In this document: one piece after another, positions 20,867 to 31,706 of the stretch
How the letters are laid out: each line of letters starts with the position of its first letter
Position numbering within the stretch: the stretch's first letter is position 1
Origin: Thermodesulfobacteriota bacterium
GTDB taxonomy: Bacteria > Desulfobacterota_D > UBA1144 > Nemesobacterales > UBA2774
DNA length: 64,000 nt
Direction of reading: 5' to 3'
Assembly (NCBI GenBank): GCA_963422265.1
Contig: OY729416.1
Location: 1,184,001 to 1,248,000 of the forward strand
The notes under the pieces: model-generated
The model's input: only the letters and a program-made list of their open reading frames with translations
What the model was told of the DNA's origin: nothing
Databases searched by the model: none
Program-made: the position numbers and the translations under genes

Positions 20867-22334
20867 ATGCCTCAAAGTCTATATAAAACAGACGAAAGCT
20901 TGTTGGAAAAATGGCCATCGGGGCTATTGGAACTAAAAAAGTATTTGTAGATTTAGCCAAGCAGGGTCATAGCCCTATAGAATTAGAACGTGGATCCACA
21001 GGTTTCAAAATATGAAAAACAAGAAAAATCAAACGTTTGAGAGTACCAGACATTCTATGCGTAAATTCTGGACTACGAGTAGAATCCAGAGCAAAAACTA
21101 GTATGACCATTTCTATATCACACTCAGAAGTAAGCCCTACACGTGGATGGAATTATGGATTAACAGATGATGATTACACGGCATTAGTTTTCTGTAGTCG
21201 CACCGGAGAAAAACCAATTGACTGGCAAGCCGACAACCTAGTTCAATATATAAAAGTATCTGATCTAAGAACCGCGTATAAAAGCAACAGAGTAATAATA
21301 GAAAAGCCAAAAGGGTCTCAAGAAGGTTTTGAAACTAGGATTACATGGACTTACGCTGTAGCCAGCAGTGATGGCAAAGTTACTAATATAGATAAAAACA
21401 GAATACAATTTAGAAGAAAGACAGATAGCAGAATCATCACATTGCAATTGACAAGGAATTCTATTCACATAGAACCAATTGTTACAATTGGTGAAAACAT
21501 ACAGAAAAACAAAATTCTGACATCAGTTACTAAAGTAAGTTTAGCCGTTCCTATTAAAAGTATTGGGCGAATCTTTCTATGTGTACCTGTTCAACAGCAA
21601 TTCTGCAGATAGGTACACAGCAGCAAAAGCACTATCCTTTTCTCAATTAACAGAACACACGAAGGATATTCTAGTTGACAGAATCAAAGATGAGAGTGAA
21701 TACATATACGTCCGCCTAGAAGTTGCTTCTACTCTCGCAAGATTAGGGCTAAAAGAGGGTTTCACATATATAGAAAAGATATTACAAAACGACTATCTAG
21801 CATATAAACTTGAAGCGATTATTATCCTAGGATAAATAAAAGAAAAAAGGTCCGCTGAATTACTTATATCCATATTAAATGATTCAAAGGAACATCCCGA
21901 CATTCGTGGAGGAGAGCCGCGTGGTCCCTTGGCAAACTCAATCAGAAACACACTGTAAAAGCACTAGTAACCGCATTTAATTCAAGACATAACAAAGTTC
22001 AAATTGAAGATGCTAGAGCATTATCCCGATTACACGATAATTACACACCTAATGTGCTTGGTTATTTTGCCAACACATCTGAAACTGAAAGACCTGGTAT
22101 TTCTTGGGCTCTTAGCAAAACGGAAAATGGAGGCTAGACGACTTGTTAAAACACACTCCTCCTGATGATTTTGATGCTAGGCAATGGGCGGCATATATAA
22201 TTGGAACAAATGACCAAAAAAAAGTTATGAATGAGATAGAAAAGATAAAAAGCCACGACCCAGAATTATACTTTGCCGTCACGCTACTATGGAGAATTTT
22301 ATCAAGTTGTATCTATGGGCTAGAGCAGTATTGA
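20867..22334 (+). pseudogene. Disrupted gene for a putative PD-(D/E)XK-like nuclease fused to HEAT repeats
   Basis: One gene can be reconstructed across a frameshift near 20910, an in-frame TGA near 21013, a shift near 21560, TAA at 21833 and shifts near 21915 and 22125. N-half has RVPDILC...VESRAK; C-half has HEAT-like helices (RYTAAKAL, VRLEVASTLARL, AAWSLGKL, DARALSRL). AT-rich. Confidence 0.7.
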
Positions 22335-22349
22335 TCTATTGAGATAGCA

Positions 22350-23190
22350 TAAAATTATTGTACAAAACCAAATTCGGTAAAGCCTTTGTCGGTGATTTTC
22401 TTCTATTAATGAAAGAATTAGAATCCGTAGATTTAGTCATAACTTCACCGCCATTCGCACTTCAAAAAAAAAGAATATGGGAATAAGGATCAAAATGTTT
22501 ATGTAGAGTGGCTACTAGTCTATTGTAAAGAAATAAAAAGGATTTTGAAAAAGACAGGAAGTTTAGTAATTGATTTATAGGGGGGGGGCGTATAAAAAAA
22601 GAGACCAGTTCGTTCTCTGTACAATTTCAGAGTGCTAATCAGGATGTGTGATGAGTGTGGATTCAATCTTGCAGAAGAATTTTATTGGTACAATCTAGCT
22701 AAGTATTACAAGCCGAGAAAAAGACCATCCGGACACGACATTTCAAAAGGCTTCTATAACGGCGGTAAGGGAGCAATTCCATCTAATTTACTTCAAATTC
22801 CAAATACAGAAAGCAATACAAAATACTTAAAATTGTGCGAAGAATTTAATGCAAAGAAACATCCTGCGCGCTTTCCTATTGAATTGCCTGAATTGCCAAC
22901 TTTTTTTATAGATTTCTTGACAGATCCTGGCGATCTAATTCTTGATGTATTTGCAGGCTCTAATACCACTGGACAGGCATTTGAGTTAAAAAAAGAATTG
23001 GATTGCATGTGAGTTGGATTACGAATACTTAGCATCATCTGCCCTAAGATTGTTTCATGAGCCTATCACAAAACACCATAAGAACATTTTCCTAAGACTA
23101 TTAGATAAAAAAGCTGGATTTACCAGACCTTGCAAATTATCATTTTGAAAATGAAGTTGATCAAAAGAAATTATATTTTACGTAGATTAT
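22350..23190 (+). pseudogene. Disrupted M.PvuII-like beta-class amino-methyltransferase (likely m4C)
   Basis: SVDLVITSPPFALQKK-EYGN, GSLVIDL, RPVRSLYNFRVLIRMCDE, GAIPSNLLQIPNTESN, HPARFP, DVFAGSNTTG; broken by frameshifts in A and G runs, a stop and an apparent internal deletion after WYNLAK. Boundaries approximate. Confidence 0.85.
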
Positions 23191-23283
23191 TTCTCATTAA
23201 ATCTTATAGGCAGCAGAATATTATACGCCTCACCATAAGGATTTCTACCAACTTGTAAATGGAACAGTTTTAGGGAAAGAACA

Positions 23284-24072
23284 TCAACCCCTGAGAAAAT
23301 CTAGAACCAAGTCGTCAACCTCTTGATGCTTCTCTCTCCAAAAACCATGACCTACGTCTTTGAATATCTTCAACTTAGAATCAGGAATTAATTCGCAAAG
23401 CTCATAAGAGCGTTTCGGCGACGCTATAAGATCGTTTTCTCCAGACATAACAAGCGTGGAAGCTTTTATTCTATTCAGCAAATCAGAGGTATTATGCCCT
23501 TCACAGGCAAGGCTCTGACTTATGTATCCCTTTAACGCCTGAGGTTTCTCGGGAATAGAATCCGCCGCCGCCTTTATACTGCCGAGATTTCTTTCTATAT
23601 ACTCCCTAGTATATCCAAAATATAGAGCCATAAGCCACACCGTTTTCATACCTGCCTTTGAAGCTATCTCACGTCCAATCCTGAGAATTTCGTTACCGAC
23701 TTCATCCCTTGAAGCCGAGGAGCATCCCAACACAAGCTTTCGCACCTTGTCTGGATACTTAATCGCAAGCCACTGTCCTATCATGCCACCCATAGACTTA
23801 CCAACGATATGAGCGGACTCTAATCCTAACGAATCCATCAGACCCGCGGTATCATCAGCCATATCCTGCGTGGAAAATGGGGCACCTGGTTTATCAGACC
23901 TACCCGATCCACGGTTATCAAAAAGGACAACTTTGAAATGCTTTGAGTAAATAGGAACCTGAGACGCCCAGCTTTCCAACTGACTTCCAAGCCCGCTAAT
24001 CAGAACTAAAGGAAATCCCTCGCCGTGGACCTCATAATTGAGTTTAAAGCCGTTCACGTTTGCGTAAGGCAT
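23284..24072 (-). CDS. Alpha/beta fold hydrolase
   Basis: FDNRGSGRS, GKSMGG nucleophile elbow, GEND, GH. Confidence 0.93.
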   Translation of the reverse strand: MPYANVNGFKLNYEVHGEGFPLVLISGLGSQLESWASQVPIYSKHFKVVLFDNRGSGRSDKPGAPFSTQDMADDTAGLMDSLGLESAHIVGKSMGGMIGQWLAIKYPDKVRKLVLGCSSASRDEVGNEILRIGREIASKAGMKTVWLMALYFGYTREYIERNLGSIKAAADSIPEKPQALKGYISQSLACEGHNTSDLLNRIKASTLVMSGENDLIASPKRSYELCELIPDSKLKIFKDVGHGFWREKHQEVDDLVLDFLRG

Positions 24073-24434
24073 TCTGATTTAGCCCTCCTTGATCCTAGTT
24101 CTAAAGAACCAAAAGCTTTCAGGCATTCTCTGGCAGTCCTAAGTTCCTGTTCAGTGAAGAGATTATTACAAGGGTCCTTTAAGACTAGATCTTCCACTGA
24201 TAAATCAAGACTTCCTAACTCCCATAGCTTTGTAAGACCTTCGGGATACTTCGGTGAGTGAAGCAACCGTCTGGCTGTTTCCACACCACCATCTTTGTCA
24301 ACCATCTGTTTGAAACGCGTAGGATTATATGATGGGCACTCGGAACGAGTCCTCCCGTAAAGGTCGAGCATTTCTTCGCGAAAAGCTGATTCTATATTTT
24401 CACTCACTTGCGCAAAAGTTACGTGAAATGGCAA
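24054..24434 (-). CDS. Hypothetical protein
   Basis: YNPTRFKQMV...GGVETARRLL...EGLTKLWE...LDLSVE...LFTEQEL pattern looks like a conserved small domain; start uncertain. Confidence 0.7.
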   Translation of the reverse strand: MPFHVTFAQVSENIESAFREEMLDLYGRTRSECPSYNPTRFKQMVDKDGGVETARRLLHSPKYPEGLTKLWELGSLDLSVEDLVLKDPCNNLFTEQELRTARECLKAFGSLELGSRRAKSECLTQT

Positions 24435-24601
24435 TGAATTTCAAGGCTTCGCTAACAACCGTCACTCTTACAAGGCTATGTAAATACAGGGTTATCGGCG
24501 TTTACTTTCATCTTAGCTGCACTCCCATTTCATGAGAATGATAGACACTAACGCATAGCACCCGACATGATAGCTTTACCCAAATTCCTATACCAAATAT
24601 A

Positions 24602-25015
24602 TTAGGACGATTTCGACGACAAGTACTCCTGAAGTATGCAGACCGCCGCCATTCTATCTATTACTTTTTTTCTCTTTCTCCTACTCACGTCAGCTTTGAG
24701 AAGAACCGTTTCAGCGTTAACGGTGGAATAACTTTCGTCCCAAAACTTAATATCAAGCTGAATCTCCTCCTTTACAATCTCGGCGAACTCAAAAATCCCT
24801 TGACCTCGTTTAGAGATGGAGCCATCTTGTCTCAAAGGAAGACCCACCAATATCTCTGAAGGCTTATATTGACCAACTATAATTTTTAGCTCTGAAAGAT
24901 CGTTCTCGACGCCGGTCCTTCTAATAGTAGTTACGCCATTCGCCGCAATGCTAAGCTCATCGCTAACGGCAACGCCAATAGTTTTTGTTCCTACGTCAAG
25001 GGCTAAAGTGCGCAC
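24602..25015 (-). CDS. ruvX: YqgF/RuvX family nuclease (putative pre-16S rRNA nuclease)
   Basis: LALDVGTKTIGVAVSD, VGLP, WDESYST, IDRMAAVCILQEYL. GTG 25015 follows GGAG (track start 25048). Confidence 0.95.
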   Translation of the reverse strand: MRTLALDVGTKTIGVAVSDELSIAANGVTTIRRTGVENDLSELKIIVGQYKPSEILVGLPLRQDGSISKRGQGIFEFAEIVKEEIQLDIKFWDESYSTVNAETVLLKADVSRRKRKKVIDRMAAVCILQEYLSSKSS

Positions 25016-25141
25016 AGTCTCATTTCTCCATTGGGTAACGACTTTCAAGTCATTACAGGTTTTATGCTCTTCTAACGTTCTATATTTCGTCCACTATGAG
25101 CTAAGCTTGAGAAGAAGACCGATACTAAACTTAGATAAAGG

Positions 25142-25564
25142 TTATCTAGCTAATAACGCAGCCGAGACCACGGCAAACGCTACTCCCACAATTTCCCTAG
25201 CCCCTAGACGCTCGCCTAAAAATGTGAAAGCTAACAAAACCGTTACCGCAGGATAAACGGCTGACAGCGGGACAAGCAAAGAAAGCTTTGCGTATTTAAG
25301 AGCCACTATGAAAAAAACTGTTCCAACTCCCCAGCTAAGACCCATTAGGATCGCCCAGTAATTTATGGACATGCTACTAAGCAAATTACTCAATATAACG
25401 TTTCTGTTATACGTTACAAAAGCAACGAAAACCGTAAGCGTCCCAATACCTTCAAAAAAATATATCCTGTAGGGTATATCCTTAAAAGAGGCTAGCTTCC
25501 CGAAAAAACTGCCAAACGAGAAGAGTAGCGTTGCGAGCAAAGTCAGAAGGAACCATCTTTCCAC
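25142..25564 (-). CDS. EamA/DMT family small transporter
   Basis: 140 aa, about five TM segments; LVPLSAVYPAVTVLLAFTFLGERL. Confidence 0.88.
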   Translation of the reverse strand: MERWFLLTLLATLLFSFGSFFGKLASFKDIPYRIYFFEGIGTLTVFVAFVTYNRNVILSNLLSSMSINYWAILMGLSWGVGTVFFIVALKYAKLSLLVPLSAVYPAVTVLLAFTFLGERLGAREIVGVAFAVVSAALLAR

Positions 25565-25596
25565 CGTCTTTTCTCCTTAAATCCTGACTCGCGAAA

Positions 25597-26922
25597 TTAA
25601 AGGTCGTATCCTGCTTCACCGTGATCAGCAATATCAAGACCCTCGTATTCTCCTTCATCACTAACTCTAAGTCCTATAGAAAAATCTATAAGTTTGAGAA
25701 TTACAAAAGATAACACTGCACAATACGCAATCACGAAGAGAGCTGAAAAGAGCTGAACACCTAACTGCTTGCCAATATCTAAATTTTCAACCGTTCCCCC
25801 TAAACTAACGGATGCAAAGAACGAAACCATTATTATTCCAACAAATCCACCTACCCCATGAACCCCTACAACGTCTAAGGCATCGTCATATTTGAGGCGA
25901 TACTTAAGCCACGTAGCGGCCACGTAAGCAAGAAGCGCAGAGGTAAACCCGATGGCTAACGCTCCGATAGGCCCGACCGTGCCTGAAGCGGGCGTAATGG
26001 CTGCTAGCCCTGCAATAGCCCCCGTTGCGAATCCAAGAGCGCTGGGCTTCCCATTCCTTATCCATTCTATCGCTATCCATGTAAGAGCTGCGACGCACGG
26101 CGATATCTGGGTTACTACTAGCGCCATAGCAGCCTGTCCATTTGCGGCAAGCGCGCTTCCCCCGTTAAAGCCGAACCATCCAACCCACAGCATCGCGGTG
26201 CCGGTTAGAGTCATCGTCATATTGTGAGGGGGGGTAGGCACGGGGTAGCCACTCCTTTTACCTACGAGAACAGCTGCAATCAGAGCTGCGACGGCGGCGG
26301 TTATATGCACGACTATTCCACCGGCAAAATCAAAAACGCCCATGTCTCCGAGAAAGGACCCTTCCCCACCCCATATCATGTGAGCCACAGGAAAGTAAAC
26401 CAAAATAACCCAGAGCGCAGTAAAACACAACATAGCCGAGAATTTCATTCTTTCGGCAAATGCGCCTACTATAAGGGCAGGCGTAATGATGGCGAAAGTA
26501 AGCTGAAACGCTATAAAAGTAAGCTCGGGAATTGTCCCCGACAGGCTGTCAGGCGTTACGCCACTTAAGAAAGCCTTAGAAAAACCACCGATGAAGGCTT
26601 GAATGTTTCTCTCTCCGGCTACCATGCCGGTAGTATCAAACGCAAGACTATAGCCAAAAACAATCCAAATTATAGTAACTATAGCAGTTATGGCGAAGCA
26701 CTGCATGTATATGGATAGGACGTTCTTTCTAGCCACCAGACCGGCGTAGAACATAGCGAGTCCCGGTATCGTCATAAATAAAACCAGCGCTGTGGATATT
26801 AATATCCAAGTCGTATCGCCAGAATCTAAACCATCCTGAGCTAATACTAACGTGGGAAACGAGAGAAGGAAAGTCAGTAATAGTAAAGTGAACCTGCTAA
26901 AGAATGGGATTAGAAATTTCAT
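25597..26922 (-). CDS. amt: Ammonium transporter
   Basis: FQLTFAIITPALI, FAERMKF, DFAGGIVVH, LWVGWFGFNGGS, DDALDVVGVHG. ATG 26922 follows GAGGT. Confidence 0.98.
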   Translation of the reverse strand: MKFLIPFFSRFTLLLLTFLLSFPTLVLAQDGLDSGDTTWILISTALVLFMTIPGLAMFYAGLVARKNVLSIYMQCFAITAIVTIIWIVFGYSLAFDTTGMVAGERNIQAFIGGFSKAFLSGVTPDSLSGTIPELTFIAFQLTFAIITPALIVGAFAERMKFSAMLCFTALWVILVYFPVAHMIWGGEGSFLGDMGVFDFAGGIVVHITAAVAALIAAVLVGKRSGYPVPTPPHNMTMTLTGTAMLWVGWFGFNGGSALAANGQAAMALVVTQISPCVAALTWIAIEWIRNGKPSALGFATGAIAGLAAITPASGTVGPIGALAIGFTSALLAYVAATWLKYRLKYDDALDVVGVHGVGGFVGIIMVSFFASVSLGGTVENLDIGKQLGVQLFSALFVIAYCAVLSFVILKLIDFSIGLRVSDEGEYEGLDIADHGEAGYDL

Positions 26923-27057
26923 GTTTTTTACCTCTTTCTTAACTCTGTTTTGCATTATTTCCTACATACAAATAACAACTGCGCGTCTTCTTAGCTTTAA
27001 TTTTATAATATCCCTTACACGCAACAATGATCCATAACAGAATAAAAACATACCCAA

Positions 27058-28059
27058 CTACCTTGTTAAATCCACCAGAACCCTTCCCTTATGTTTGCCT
27101 TGAAGAATGAGTTCTATATTCTCATCAAGCTCATCAAGACTTATTTCATTTGCAAGATTATCAAGCTGACTTATTTTCCACTCCTCCGCTATCTTATTCC
27201 AAATACGTTCTCTAATATCCATAGGACAATTCTGCGAATCAATTCCTATGAGCTTTACGCCCCTTAAAATAAATGGATAGACGTTGAGAGGTAAATTGGA
27301 TGACGCTACGTTGCCACAGCACGTAACGACTCCCATGGGCTTGGTTGCCCTGATAGCCGTAGCGAGTATATCGCCCCCAACGGTATCAACAACTCCAGCC
27401 CACCTTCCTTTTAACAGAAGCCTCCCTGACTCATCCGTTGATTCCTGTCTGCTGATAACCTCCTTTGCCCCTAAATCATGGAGAAACTGCTTTTGACTCG
27501 TCTTTCCGGTAGATGCGGCAACTTGAAAACCCAACTCGGCAAGCATCGCTACGGCGACGCTGCCGACCCCTCCAGTCGCTCCCGTAACAAGGATTTCGCC
27601 TTTATCAGGAGTAAGTCCATTATTCTCAAGCTCAAGCACACAATAAGCAGAGGTAAAACCCGCCGACCCATAAATCATACTTTCCCTGATTGAAAGATTA
27701 GTAGGAACTTTTATAACCCAATTGGCAGGCACCCTAATATATTCCCCAAACCCCCCTGAAGTGTTACAGCCAAGATCATAGGCATGCACTAAGACTTCTT
27801 CTCCCACGCTAAAACCGGGAGACGTGCTCTCCGCTATCACGCCAGAGGCGTCAACGCCCGGCGTATGGGGATAGTTCCTCGTAACGCCTCTGTTTCCATG
27901 TGCCGAAAGAGCGTCTTTATAATTCAGGGAAGAATAAAGAACCTTTACCAATACGTCTCCAGGAGGGAGGTCCTCTATTGATCTTCGTTTTATACTTCTC
28001 TCAAACTTGTTTTCCCCAACCTGCTCTACAACCATAGCCCTAAACATTTCTTCACTCAC
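27058..28059 (-). CDS. YhdH/AcuI family oxidoreductase (acryloyl-CoA reductase-like)
   Basis: YSSLNYKDAL, VTGATGGVGS, WAGVVDTVGG, PFILRGVKLIGIDS. Confidence 0.92.
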   Translation of the reverse strand: MSEEMFRAMVVEQVGENKFERSIKRRSIEDLPPGDVLVKVLYSSLNYKDALSAHGNRGVTRNYPHTPGVDASGVIAESTSPGFSVGEEVLVHAYDLGCNTSGGFGEYIRVPANWVIKVPTNLSIRESMIYGSAGFTSAYCVLELENNGLTPDKGEILVTGATGGVGSVAVAMLAELGFQVAASTGKTSQKQFLHDLGAKEVISRQESTDESGRLLLKGRWAGVVDTVGGDILATAIRATKPMGVVTCCGNVASSNLPLNVYPFILRGVKLIGIDSQNCPMDIRERIWNKIAEEWKISQLDNLANEISLDELDENIELILQGKHKGRVLVDLTR

Positions 28060-28076
28060 TAAGCTTCCTCCTTATA

Positions 28077-29984
<1,908 letters not shown>

Positions 29985-30102
29985 CTATTTCCTAATACGC
30001 CACTTAAAATCACACAAGATTTATATTATAAGAGCTTTAATCAAAAAGAGCAATTGAAACCTGAGGTTGTAAAGAATAGTATAGACTAGTAAAATAGACA
30101 GC

Positions 30103-31131
30103 ATGCTCCATATAACGCTAGGAATAGAAAGCTCTTGTGACGAAACCTCCGCAGCTATAATTGAAGATGCAAATAACGCTCTGTCAAACATAGTAGCCTC
30201 CCAAGCTGATATCCATAAGGAATATGGGGGCGTAGTGCCGGAAATAGCATCCAGAAAGCATGTTGAACTGATTCTACCCGTTGTAGATAAAGCCATTAAA
30301 GATGCTCATCTGGCACCCGCGGACATAGATGGTATAGCCGTTACGAATGGTCCGGGATTGATTGGCTCCTTGATGATAGGTCTTTCAACTGCTAAGGCTC
30401 TCTCCTTTGGATGGGGAATACCATTCATAGGAGTGAATCACCTGCAAGCTCACTTGTCCGCCGTGCACCTAGAGCACGAAGTAGAATTCCCGTTTGTCGG
30501 GCTTGTAGTCTCAGGTGGACATACTAGCCTCTACATTGTAAAAGACCATACGGAATATGAGCTAATTGGGAAAACGAGGGACGACGCGGCGGGAGAAGCC
30601 TTTGATAAAGCAGCCAAGGTTTTAGGACTCAATTACCCTGGAGGCGCGGAGATTGACAGGCTTGCCAAAAAAGGAGATAGAGAGACAATACCTTTTCCCA
30701 GACCACTTAAAAACATCTCGACTTTTGATTTTAGCTTTAGCGGAATCAAGACCTCGCTCGTTTATTATCTTAGGAAAGCTTCAAAACTAAATGAAAGCCA
30801 CTTAGCAGATATATGTGCTGGATACCAAGAAGCCATAGTTGAAACACTAGTTGACAAAACCTTAATGGCAGCAAAAGAGAACAACTTAAGTGGAGCCGTA
30901 ATATCCGGGGGGGTCGCCTGCAACTCAAGGCTAAGGGAATTGGCAACCGAGAGGTTTCAAGAACAAGGGTTTTCACTACACATACCCTCGCCCGAATACT
31001 GCACGGACAACGCCGCGATGATAGGAACCCTTGGGGCTTATATGCTTATGAGGGGAACTCATTCGGAACTAAGCCTAATTCCATTTTCAACTAAACGCCC
31101 CAAGCACGCAAGAAGAAAAGATTGTAACTAA
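30103..31131 (+). CDS. tsaD: tRNA N6-adenosine threonylcarbamoyltransferase
   Basis: GIESSCDET, GGVVPEIASRKH, HLQAH, VSGGHT, DDAAGEAFDK, SFSG, TDNAAMI. Confidence 0.99.
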   Translation: MLHITLGIESSCDETSAAIIEDANNALSNIVASQADIHKEYGGVVPEIASRKHVELILPVVDKAIKDAHLAPADIDGIAVTNGPGLIGSLMIGLSTAKALSFGWGIPFIGVNHLQAHLSAVHLEHEVEFPFVGLVVSGGHTSLYIVKDHTEYELIGKTRDDAAGEAFDKAAKVLGLNYPGGAEIDRLAKKGDRETIPFPRPLKNISTFDFSFSGIKTSLVYYLRKASKLNESHLADICAGYQEAIVETLVDKTLMAAKENNLSGAVISGGVACNSRLRELATERFQEQGFSLHIPSPEYCTDNAAMIGTLGAYMLMRGTHSELSLIPFSTKRPKHARRKDCN

Positions 31132-31142
31132 ACAATCATAAA

Positions 31143-31445
31143 TCAAACTTCGTAATCCACCACTGCTCTATCAGAGCGGATCTCACTTACGAAATCTGCG
31201 ACCTTAATGTGCTCAGGATGCGTCTGATAGGCGTCAAGCCCCTCTCTATCGTCAAATTCAGAGTATAAAACCACGTCAAACGCCGCTGGAGAAGAATTAA
31301 AGTTTATTCCTACCTGAGCGGTTTTTAACTCCTCTATTTCATCCACAAGCGCCTCGAGAGATTGCTTCAGTTTCTTAGCGTTCTCAATTTTAGACGCCCC
31401 TGCATCCTCGTCTTTAATTCTCCACATTACTATATGCTTAATCAT
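31143..31445 (-). CDS. Dabb family (stress-responsive A/B barrel) protein
   Basis: MIKHIVMW, FDVVLYSEF, YQTHPEH, AVVDY; SD AGGAG. Confidence 0.9.
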   Translation of the reverse strand: MIKHIVMWRIKDEDAGASKIENAKKLKQSLEALVDEIEELKTAQVGINFNSSPAAFDVVLYSEFDDREGLDAYQTHPEHIKVADFVSEIRSDRAVVDYEV

Positions 31446-31706
31446 TAACCTCTCCTTATTAAACTTTGAGTTAAAAAAGTGATTTTAGACTAGAAGCGGG
31501 TAACTGTAAAGAGATATAAAAGCGGGAATAGTCGTGGTATATTTATGCCTCTGCGTAGAATACGCACCGGCAAGATACTCTAGAATCTAGAATTAACATC
31601 ACTTAAGTAGAAAATCCCTTGCCAGATGAATATTAGAAACAAAGATATATGTCCCCCTACGCTCTGAAGAGGGGCGAATAAACGCCCTGCAAAAGGAGAA
31701 AACGTC

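Noticed and set aside
20867..23190. Stop-codon recoding or programmed frameshifting to rescue the broken R-M genes
   Set aside because: Lesions are many and mixed (TGA, TAA, TAG, indels, a deletion), and TGA is a normal stop elsewhere in the window; decay is the simpler explanation.
24450..24497. attC-like site near the small hypothetical gene
   Set aside because: Too short, imperfect core boxes, no internal stem and no integron integrase in the window.
31651..31697. Hairpins before the ABC transporter as a riboswitch
   Set aside because: Only a short GGGCG/CGCCC stem; no recognisable aptamer consensus.
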